A DNA stretch of 64,000 nucleotides, from NCBI GenBank assembly GCA_963843145.1, contig CAWJJC010000027.1, positions 192,001-256,000 of the forward strand, given 5' to 3'. A program made the translations under genes and the position numbers. Below, piece after piece: positions 1-8,900 of this stretch (positions are counted from its first letter, which is position 1; every line of letters starts with the position of its first letter). The DNA is from an uncultured delta proteobacterium (GTDB lineage Bacteria > Desulfobacterota > RBG-13-43-22). The notes beneath the pieces are model-generated. The model saw nothing but the letters and a program-made list of their open reading frames with translations. It had not been told where the DNA came from and ran no database searches.

Positions 1-116
1 CTTTTTGAAGATGCAACCAGGTGGAAATCCCTGCCGGCCCCGCCCCAACAATCATAATCGGGCAATTCAATAAACCGATTGTCGCTTTTGATCCTCGCGA
101 AGGCATCACAAATCCT

Positions 117-1808
117 TTATAAAAGTTCTTTCAAACACCTGAGAAGTTCCTGGCCATGCGGGACCCCCCAACCTGTCACGGCATCAAAACCCCAGCAGGC
201 TTTATAGGGTTCACAGTAATATTTTCCAGGGCCTGAAACTGCGTTATTCCCTTTTTTAATATCAACGAAGGCGGCGTTGCCGACTTGCTTACCGTTTTTC
301 ATTTTTTTGTAGAGCATGGGAGTCAAGAATGGCAGCTTCTTGTCCGGGGGCAGCTTGGCTTTGATTCGAGCGATGAGCGCGGCCCAGACCGGTGCCGAAG
401 CGCTCGTTTTGCCTTGCGGCCACGACTGCTGGAGAAAAACCAATTGATAATACGGCCAGCCAGCCAGGGCTGACACATCGGGCACCACGCGTTTCTTCCC
501 TCTTGAGTAGTGGTTCGGATCAATATGACCAGTCTCCTGCCAAACCGGGCGATTGAATTTCCTGCAAACGCCGCCTCCGCTTGCGCTTCCCGGAAGCCTT
601 TGTCCGTGCGGATCATCAGGGTCTTTTTTCGAATCTTCCCTCCAGGCGACCTCCTCTAAGGTGGATTTTTCCAACATGGTTCCGCCAACGGCCAACACGT
701 ATGGGCTAGAGCTCGGAAAGTCGACGTGGTAACGGCCATCAGTAATTTGATTCCTCCAACCATCGTCCCCCGAGGCGACGCAGGTGGTGATGCCCTTCCT
801 GCTTACCTGATTCAATAGGGCATCGATTTTAAAGATTTCGCCCTTTGACCATCGACGGTCATCCTCGGCATAACCCCAACTGATAGATAATACGACCGGG
901 GTCGGCCTTGTATGGATCACCTTGGTGAGGAGATCGCACCAGCCCTTCTGTGTGTTTTTGGCAAAGAAGACCAAGATATTCGCCTTGGGACATAAGCCTG
1001 CGATGAGCTCCACATCCATCATCACCTCGAAAGTCATTAGCATTTTTTTTAATCGCAGCTCTGGATCTGGAATGCCGAGGATGTCCTTAAGCGTAAGGAC
1101 CTTGGCACCGGCCTTGGAACCGACCCGGATCAGCTTAATATTGGGAGCACGGGGAGGACGTTTATGTACGACATCCTTGAAATATTTAGTCAAGTCCTCT
1201 CTGAAATATCCCCCGCCAAATTGGGCGATCGCGATGGTCTGGCCCGCACCTTCCCCGAGGGGAAAATTATAATGGTTCGCGATCACCTTCGGTGTCCACG
1301 GTTCTGAAAGCACTTTTTTGCCAGTAGTTAAAGCGACACCTGACTTGGGAAATGCCATTTGTCGTTCGTCAAGCCCAAAGACCCCGGTCACGATTCCCTC
1401 GAGTTCCTTAGGGATTTTGAGCTTTCCCGCCCGGCCGCGATACAGGCCCTGAGTAGGCGATCGCTTCATCTCCCATTGAGGGTCAAAAGCTTTTTTCAAA
1501 TTCTCGGCAGTTCCGTTGACCTGCATGGTGCGCGTTAAGAGGGAGACCTTTTTTACTTTAAGTTTATACTTCTTCTCGAGCACTTCCTTTACCTTGTCGG
1601 CATCTGCCTCTTTGGCGCCAAATTTCTCCTTTAATTCCTTTGGGCTCATGATTCGGCCAGCAAATTCGTCCGGACCAGGAAGTTTCGGCCCCGATAATCC
1701 TATGGTTACGCTAATCTTCTCCCTGGGGTCGATATCGCCGACTTTTTTAGCGGTTGTATCCTTCCCGCGTTCGCTATCTTTTAGGTCCACAAGCGTATTC
1801 TTGGCCAT
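117..1808 (-). CDS. S53 (sedolisin/kumamolisin-like) serine peptidase with N-terminal pro-domain
   Basis: Pro-kumamolisin-like N-terminus (YRGRAGKLKIPKELEGIVTGVFGLDER). Catalytic Glu/Asp in FEVMMDVE, oxyanion Asp in ASGDDG, catalytic Ser in GKTSASAPVWAAL, C-terminal GFDAVTGWG. AGGAGG RBS upstream; no signal peptide. Confidence 0.93.
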   Translation of the reverse strand: MAKNTLVDLKDSERGKDTTAKKVGDIDPREKISVTIGLSGPKLPGPDEFAGRIMSPKELKEKFGAKEADADKVKEVLEKKYKLKVKKVSLLTRTMQVNGTAENLKKAFDPQWEMKRSPTQGLYRGRAGKLKIPKELEGIVTGVFGLDERQMAFPKSGVALTTGKKVLSEPWTPKVIANHYNFPLGEGAGQTIAIAQFGGGYFREDLTKYFKDVVHKRPPRAPNIKLIRVGSKAGAKVLTLKDILGIPDPELRLKKMLMTFEVMMDVELIAGLCPKANILVFFAKNTQKGWCDLLTKVIHTRPTPVVLSISWGYAEDDRRWSKGEIFKIDALLNQVSRKGITTCVASGDDGWRNQITDGRYHVDFPSSSPYVLAVGGTMLEKSTLEEVAWREDSKKDPDDPHGQRLPGSASGGGVCRKFNRPVWQETGHIDPNHYSRGKKRVVPDVSALAGWPYYQLVFLQQSWPQGKTSASAPVWAALIARIKAKLPPDKKLPFLTPMLYKKMKNGKQVGNAAFVDIKKGNNAVSGPGKYYCEPYKACWGFDAVTGWGVPHGQELLRCLKELL

Positions 1809-1846
1809 GACAGATCTCCTCCTGTAACGGTCTTCCGTAGAAGCGT

Positions 1847-3250
1847 TTATTTTATGTATTTCGTATCGAAGCCCTCAGGTGACCGATTAACTTTCTCAAT
1901 AAATCTATTCCATTTTTCTTCATTAGTCATAAATTCTGCCACCTTGAGCAGGGTCGCTTTCGTAACGGCGCGAATTATGGTGCAAATACTTTCTCGTGGC
2001 GCGTTTAAAGATCCGCAGGCGGCAAAGGTATCTCCATAGCATGGGGAGCACAATTTCTTGGCCCAGCATTGGACACACTTGGGAAAGCTGTCCTTGGAAG
2101 TCTGACTCATCAGCGCTGTCACCCTCCTAAAGTACTCACCTGGAAAATCTCTGTCATAGACGCTTCCCATGTATAGACTTTTGCTCATGACCGTATGGCA
2201 AGGGAATACCTTCCCTGTGCAGTCTACCGTAATCCCCTGGCAACCGGCGTCACAGAAACGGGCTTTCCCCTTCCGGGATGTGAGGGTATTCAAAATATCA
2301 AGCCAATAAGGAATTCTTATCGGGGAATCGGTCAACCAACTATCCATAATCCTCTCGGTCGAAGAAATGTAGCTTTGTTCCAAATCGGATAATAAAGCCT
2401 GATCAAAATATTCATCCGGTGATCCCCCGATGGCAGGGGTTAAGGATATTTCCCGGGCTCCCAAATTAAGTAAAAATTCGTAGATCGATTCGACGGGCTC
2501 CTTACATTCCCTGTGATAGTCAGTGAATACGGCTTGTATCCCGAATGCAACACCCGCATTTCGAAGCAGGTCGATTTTCTTCTTGACTAAGTAATAGGTA
2601 CCTTTCCCTGACGACAATTTGCGCTGCCTGTCATTAATGTGCGGGGGGCCATCCAGACTGATACTCACCGAGAAATGATATTTTTTAAAAAATTCAATCA
2701 TTTTTTGATCGATTAAGGTTCCATTGGTGCTGATCGAGAAATCCGGCATCAGCCTTTGATGGGCCATACAGTATTTTTCACTGGCTCGTACAGCCTCCCT
2801 GATGGCAGCAAAACCGATTAAGGGCTCACCTCCAAAAAACACAAGGCTCTGGACTTCCGGTGCGGTTTTGAATACTTTCTCGATGGCAGCACGGGCAGTA
2901 GCCGGGCTCATGACTCTGCTCTCAGGATGCAAGTCCATGTAGGCCTCGGCAAAACAATAAGAGCATTTGATATTACACGTTTGCGCTACCAATAAAACGA
3001 GGCGAGTGATTTTCGCCGGATCGGCTTTGATTGGATCATCCCTAATTGACTCCTTTAATTGCTCTGAAATGGATACCTCATCAATCGATAGAGAATCGGC
3101 AACCCGAGCCGGCAACGGATACAGGGTGAATGATTCCGTACTGAAGGCGGCGGCATTGAGATTTGACTTGAGGATTTTAATCACAACAAGCTTCCTTTTT
3201 TCGGTCCCATCGAGCTTCAAAGGAAATCGGTGGGGTTTAAGGAACCCCAC
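1847..3250 (-). CDS. Radical SAM/SPASM-domain peptide maturase (CteB/PapB/QhpD-like)
   Basis: CxxxCxxC (CNIKCSYC), FFGGEPL, STNGTL, ISLDGP. SPASM cysteines FCDAG...VFPCH...KCVQCWAKKLCSPC...SIC. Short N-terminal RRE-like segment. Start codon uncertain. Confidence 0.9.
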   Translation of the reverse strand: MGFLKPHRFPLKLDGTEKRKLVVIKILKSNLNAAAFSTESFTLYPLPARVADSLSIDEVSISEQLKESIRDDPIKADPAKITRLVLLVAQTCNIKCSYCFAEAYMDLHPESRVMSPATARAAIEKVFKTAPEVQSLVFFGGEPLIGFAAIREAVRASEKYCMAHQRLMPDFSISTNGTLIDQKMIEFFKKYHFSVSISLDGPPHINDRQRKLSSGKGTYYLVKKKIDLLRNAGVAFGIQAVFTDYHRECKEPVESIYEFLLNLGAREISLTPAIGGSPDEYFDQALLSDLEQSYISSTERIMDSWLTDSPIRIPYWLDILNTLTSRKGKARFCDAGCQGITVDCTGKVFPCHTVMSKSLYMGSVYDRDFPGEYFRRVTALMSQTSKDSFPKCVQCWAKKLCSPCYGDTFAACGSLNAPRESICTIIRAVTKATLLKVAEFMTNEEKWNRFIEKVNRSPEGFDTKYIK

Positions 3251-3435
3251 CGACAGACTGCACTGCTGTGTGACCGGTAAAGACGCCGGTACATGGACAA
3301 GTGGCCTTCATTTTGCGCCCCCCCGCCGTTGAGTCGACACAGACAAATCCAGACTAATGATCGAAAGGGTCAAAGCAGTAAGGGTAACCGTTCTAATTTC
3401 CTTACCCAGAGTCTTGAATACTCCTTGTTGCCTTA

Positions 3436-3696
3436 TCAATAAACTTTTTGCCCTGAGGGGCAGGGTGGAGGAATTGGGCTCGGATTAGGATCAGGAACCT
3501 TCCAATTTTTCTTGGCGGTCAGTATATCCTTGCAATCGTTGTAAGGTATGTCCTTGTAGCCTTTTGCCTGGAAGAAATTGTAAAGTGTTGTTTGGCTCTT
3601 TTTTGACAAGAAATCTCTTACAAGTTTTGGTTTCTTTTCTGTATCAATAATGAAGTTTATAAAATCGCTTCTGTTTCTTTGGGTTATAGACGCCAT
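3436..3696 (-). CDS. Putative RiPP precursor: Nif11-like leader plus Pro-rich core
   Basis: 86 aa with AAGGA RBS. Amphipathic leader DFINFIIDTEKKPKLVRDFLS...YNFFQAKGY..I resembles Nif11/NHLP-clan leaders; tail NWKVPDPNPSPIPPPCPSGQKVY. Directly upstream of the rSAM-SPASM gene. Confidence 0.65.
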   Translation of the reverse strand: MASITQRNRSDFINFIIDTEKKPKLVRDFLSKKSQTTLYNFFQAKGYKDIPYNDCKDILTAKKNWKVPDPNPSPIPPPCPSGQKVY

Positions 3697-3741
3697 TTTT
3701 CATCCTTTTCTTTTGGTTGAAGTTTTAAAGTTAAAAGTCGG

Positions 3742-3810
3742 TTAACTCAGGAAGATACCCATTTTTTGCCAACACCGTCGATACTTTTGTTTTTTTTCGT
3801 AACTCGTCAT
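3742..3810 (-). CDS. Small ORF, 22 aa (MTSYEKKQKYRRCWQKMGIFLS)
   Basis: Read manually on the minus strand. Strong SD AAGGAGG just upstream of ATG at 3810, TAA at 3742-3744. Below the ORF-track cutoff. Confidence 0.4.
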   Translation of the reverse strand: MTSYEKKQKYRRCWQKMGIFLS

Positions 3811-3907
3811 ATCCCTCCTTTCTTTTCCGTAGTTTTTATCAGTGGCTGCTTACGGGCTATTCATAAAGTACGCCTAATAGGCAAGTCCAGGCCTCTAGTT
3901 CGTCCGG

Positions 3908-4973
3908 CTAGGTTCCCAAAATCGGTTGTCCCATGGCCAGACTATCCAGAACCCGACGGCAATAGGGTTTATCCGGGTAAAAGTCTCCATACCCTTGCGG
4001 GGGCCGAATCATTCCATTCTTCTTACAAAGTCGGACATATGGGCACGATGGACAGGTCGTATCATCCGGCGCAACGGTCATTCGATATCCCTCGGAAGCC
4101 AGTACTTTTTGAATCATACCGAACTTGTATCTGCCCAGGCTATTTCTGTTGGAGTGCACCACACTAATATGTCGGTTGGCCATGACAATCAGGCATCCCT
4201 CGCGGTAGAGGGGAGGGACCCGAGGGATCCAGGGCATCTTGAGCATCTGAGAAACGACATTGGCCAGAGGGTTCTTCTTCACAATGGCACGGAAACCGCC
4301 CACGTCCAGAAGCGCAACCATTCGCACCAGTCTCACGAAGTCTTCCGGTTCAAGAAGCTCTTCCGATAGGGCAAAGGCGCCATTCTCTGTCCTGATAAGC
4401 TGTATGAGAATTAGATAGTCAATACTTGGAAATCTCCTAAACAGATCATCAACGAAAAGAGGCAGCTCCAACAGCAGGCTTTTTGTAACTGTTGTGAAAA
4501 TGGTAAGATCAATTCCCCTATTGACCGCCTCCTCAATGCCCCGCATCGTCCTTCGATGGGATCCCTTTCCCCGTATGCGGTCATGCAAGGCTTCGGGGCC
4601 ATCTAGGCTGATGGACATCGAAAAAAAGCTGCCGTAGTCGGCGAATCTTTTGCTGATCTCTTCCGTAATGAGTGTTCCATTGGTATTCAGGAAGATTGTT
4701 TCGTCATCCGACTTTAAAGCCATGGTCCAGGGTCTCGAACAAGCCTTCCCAGAGCAGGGGCTCACCCCCTGTAATATGCAGGTGACGGTATCCGGCATCA
4801 TCTCCTTCGACTATTATCTCTTTGACCAAATTGACGGGGAGAGTAGAGCTTCTGGAGATACTAGAGCGGGCAAAACAGTGCACACAGGAGCCGTTGCATC
4901 GAGTGGTCACTTCTATAGAGAGTTTTTCTTGCCCCACTCCTCGACAGATTTCATCTGAAGTGGTCCCCTTCAT
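3908..4973 (-). CDS. Radical SAM protein with short C-terminal Cys cluster, split by a 1-nt insertion near 4705
   Basis: The N-terminal part (ORF 4704..5012) has CNGSCVHC and ITGGEPLL. The C-terminal part (ORF 3908..4801) has NTNGTL, SISLDGP and CPSCPYVRLC. Removing base 4705 gives continuous GFKVGYETIFLNTNG. ATG overlaps the upstream stop (TGATG). Confidence 0.85.
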
Positions 4974-5965
4974 CAGCGATTCTCCCCATTCCTCAACGGT
5001 TTCAAAAGGCAACGAAGCTCATCAGCGAAGCCTGCAAGACCGCAATAATCCGCCCTGGCTGCGGCTGATTCCAGCTCGCCGCATATCCTCTCCCTGATTT
5101 TATCGATCATCCCGTTGATCAGGATATAATTAAGAACCCTTCCGGCAGGGCCGCCCTTTCGGTTCACTTTTTCGTCCTTGACTCGGTCCCATTTTTTCCT
5201 GATGTCGTTGGGAAGACAGGTGTACAGGGAAGAATGGGTTCCCTTTATCAAATCCTTCTCGATGTCCTGCAGATCATCGAGCAGCCTCCAGGCAATGCCG
5301 AAGGAGGAATAGACCGTCTGAACAGATCGAGAAAATTCTTCATTACCGGCGATTCTTTTGGCCATCAGGACGGGGGCGATCAGCCAGGTGGCCATCTGTT
5401 TCTTAAAGAAATCGCAATAGCTATCCAGAGACTCCGTTTGATCAGATGTGTCAATGCTGGAATAATAATCTTCGATAAAATCATAAACAATTGCCGGCCC
5501 ATCTTCCACTCCCCTGGCCAGTCTCTCGAAGCCATGGTTCATGATCATCCAGGATTGGCTTCTTAAAAGGAGGGCCAGGTGTGAAACAGGCAATTGTCCA
5601 TCGGTAAGATGGTCGTCAAAAGCATGAAGGAACATGGCCATGGTATGACCGGTCTTTGCATCTTTAATAAATTTTGTGCCCAGTTTTTTGTTTCCCGGAC
5701 AGGACCGATGGAGCCAAAAAAGGATCGACCAGGCTGGCGCGTAGAAGTAGTTGACAAAACTAAGGCCGTCACTAAGGGAAGCATGCAGGTATTTCATCAA
5801 GAACAGGGTTGCCTTGGTCCGCATGGATTGAGGCAAGTATTCACAGAATGACAGGATTTCCCGATTCAGCTCTCCACGGAAGGTTTCTTCTTCTCGGGAG
5901 AGGCCCACAGCGCCAAAATCGATCCGGGAGCAGAATGACAACATATCGGCGATCCTGCCTCTCAT
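4973..5965 (-). CDS. Class I isoprenoid synthase-fold protein (trans-IPPS/ComQ-like prenyltransferase candidate)
   Basis: Two Asp-rich motifs, FLHAFDDHLTDG and WRLLDDLQDIEKD, in an all-helical ~330-aa protein. TGATG overlap with the cyclase stop codon. Confidence 0.8.
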   Translation of the reverse strand: MRGRIADMLSFCSRIDFGAVGLSREEETFRGELNREILSFCEYLPQSMRTKATLFLMKYLHASLSDGLSFVNYFYAPAWSILFWLHRSCPGNKKLGTKFIKDAKTGHTMAMFLHAFDDHLTDGQLPVSHLALLLRSQSWMIMNHGFERLARGVEDGPAIVYDFIEDYYSSIDTSDQTESLDSYCDFFKKQMATWLIAPVLMAKRIAGNEEFSRSVQTVYSSFGIAWRLLDDLQDIEKDLIKGTHSSLYTCLPNDIRKKWDRVKDEKVNRKGGPAGRVLNYILINGMIDKIRERICGELESAAARADYCGLAGFADELRCLLKPLRNGENR

Positions 5966-8900
5966 CAAAAACCCCTCATCTCGACCAGTCGATCTATTTC
6001 TTCCAGATATGTTTCCATTTTCATTTCTTCATACCAGGCCCGTGCCTTCCCCAGATACGCCTCTCCCTTGATATTATCGAGCTTCTTATACTGGGCCTTT
6101 TCTTCGAGCAGGCATCTGCCAACCTCGAAGTAAAGCCTGGCCAGTTGAGGACGCGCCCCCAGGCGCTCCCCTTCCTGAACCGCTCTATGCCACCATCCGA
6201 GAGCTTTTTTGTGGTCATTGATCGTCCAGTAATAGGCTCCAGTAAGCCTGTACGAATCGGTCCGATGATAGGCCACTTTACGAGCAACCCTTCCCAGTGA
6301 TCTGATGGATTTGATGGCTTCCCTCTGGAATTTATCCATTTCCTCTCGATTTCCGCTTTTGGTTGATTCCCTCAAACAGTAGAGGTTATATTCCAGGTGA
6401 GTCTTAAAACAGTACGATATTTGAAAAGGGGCCGTTTCGGTTTGAACCCTAATTCTGTCGGCCTGTTCAAGGCACTCCTCCGCCTTATCGATTGCATTCA
6501 TCATGATGTGTATCCATGCCTGGAATGTATGGAACCCCCACCAAAAATTTGAATGTGCTTTTTGCCCAAAAGCAATTCCCTTTTCGCTCTCTATCAAAGC
6601 ATCATTGAGCTTCCCGGACTCGATCAGCAGCATCGTGCTAATCTCATATTTAAATACCTCGGAAAGACTATTCCCATAGACTTCGTAGAGATTTTGCAAT
6701 CTGTCCATGATCGCCCTGGCCTTGTCGAAGGAACCCTGGCAGATAGTGCCAAGGCCATGCCAGAACAAATATTGTGAGGCATTATAGATTTCTCCAATCC
6801 TGCAGTTCTTGTCTACGAGATCATCGTCATAATCCTTTAAGGCTTTCCAATTCCCCCCAAGGAAATGGTGTACCGTCTCGCAGACCTCATACATGGTGTA
6901 ATTCGTGACATCGCTTCGGCTGACGGTGTCGCTCAAAGCATTCAATGCCTTTTTGCTCAAGGCAAATGAAATTCCAGAATATGCAAACAAAGCGCTTGCC
7001 ATTACGAAGATCCCATAACCCTCTCGGAATTTTCGAAGATCGAAGGAACTGATGAACCTAAACAAATAGAAATATTCAATGAAAAATCTCTTGGCGTTGG
7101 TTAGGGATATGGAATTGATCTTTTTGGAGAACAGATCGACGATTTCGACATCTCGCTCCGTCGGCGTTTTCTTGAACTTCAGGAAGGGAAGGTGCAGGGA
7201 AACAAGAAAATGGGAAAAAGCCCACGAGAGCTTAATTAATTCAAAAACCGTGGCTTTAGGTAATTTCCCCCAGTAATAATCCAAGGTTTTGTCAAAATGC
7301 CTGATAGCCTCCTGGTGTTGCCCCCGGTTATATAAGGCCAGAGCAATGTTCTTTTCCAACATGGCCACCTTTTCGGGGTCAGCATTTTTGCCGGACTTTT
7401 TCAAATAGAGTTGGAGAGCTTCCTCATAATAATGCAGGGCCTCATCCGAGGCGGCTGATCGCAGGGCCTCCTCACCGGCCTTGATCAAGTATTCCTCGGC
7501 TTTCTCCAGACTCTCGGCCCGACAGTAATGATAGGCGAGCATGCCGTAGAACTCGTGAATTCGCTCGCTAAAGATTTTTTCTATGGACTGGGCCACTTTT
7601 TGGTGGATCTCTTTTCTCCTCTGGATCAGGATGGACTCATAGACCGCCTCTTGAGTTAAGGCGTGCGCAAAGAGATACTCTACCTCCTCCATTCGCTTCC
7701 TTTCCCTTATGAGCTGAATCTCCTTGAGGGCCTCGAGCCTGCTGTCGACCTTCTCGATGTGCCCGGCCACCGCGGTAAGGATCCGGTAGAAGAAGTTCCT
7801 GCCGATGACGGAGGCGATCCGGACCAGATTCTTTGTTCCTTCATCCAGCCGGTCGATACGGGCCATAATGAGGGCATGGATGCTCTGAGGAATGACGATA
7901 TCCTCGATCTTTTCCGTGACCCGGTATTCTCCCTTTTCCTGAACCACGGCCCTTTCAATGATCAAGGATCGCACTACTTCTTCAATAAAGAAGGGATTCC
8001 CTCCTGCTCTTTGGAGAATCTGCTCTCTCAGTAGATGGGGAAAACTTTTAATCTCGAGAAGATTATTGAGCAGTTGCCCACTCTCCGATTCTTTCAAGGG
8101 TTCCAGTTCGATCTTGGTCCAGTTGGTTGCATAGTTCTCCTGGATGAAGGCGATGATCCGCTCTCCGGTGTCGGTATAGCCGGGACGGAAGACTATAATA
8201 AAAAGAATCCGGCATTCTTCCACCAGGCGGAAGAGGGCCTTGAGAAGTTCTAGGGAACTCGTATCCACCCAGTGGAAGTCTTCCATATAGATCATCATTG
8301 GTCTGACTTCAGAGCCCCTAATGAGCAGCTCCCGCATGCTCCTAAAGATAAGCTTTTCTAAGGCCTCCCCTTCGATGCCCAGAACCCGCTGGGCGGATTT
8401 TTCGTTAAGCTTCATCCCCATGAGGGTAGCAATGAAGGGAAAGATCTCCCCGGCTTCCTCGGGATGAATGTCCCGAATGGCCCGCTCAAGTTTCCACTGG
8501 GCCTCTGCATCGGTGTCCTTGCCCCTGATCTGGGACCAATACTTCAAGGCGTCGACGATGGGATAAAAGCTTAGGCTTCTCCCCATGGAAATGGCACGAC
8601 CTTCGAGGAAGACGGTCTTTTTGACGGCTGCTGTTTGGCGCAGTTCGGCCAGAAGGCGGGACTTCCCGATCCCCGGCTCGCCGATGACGGTGATAATCCC
8701 TCCCTGACCATTGATGAGGCGAACGACCTGAAGCGATAGGAGATCCATTTCCTTCTCTCTTCCTACTAGAGGGGAATCAAAACCCACCGATCGCCTTGTT
8801 TTTTCCTTTTTCCCCACTACCCGATAAATCTTTACTGGTTCGGTCTTGCCTTTGACCCGAGCGGGGACGAGCGGTTCAAAATCAAAAAGCCAATCAGCCC

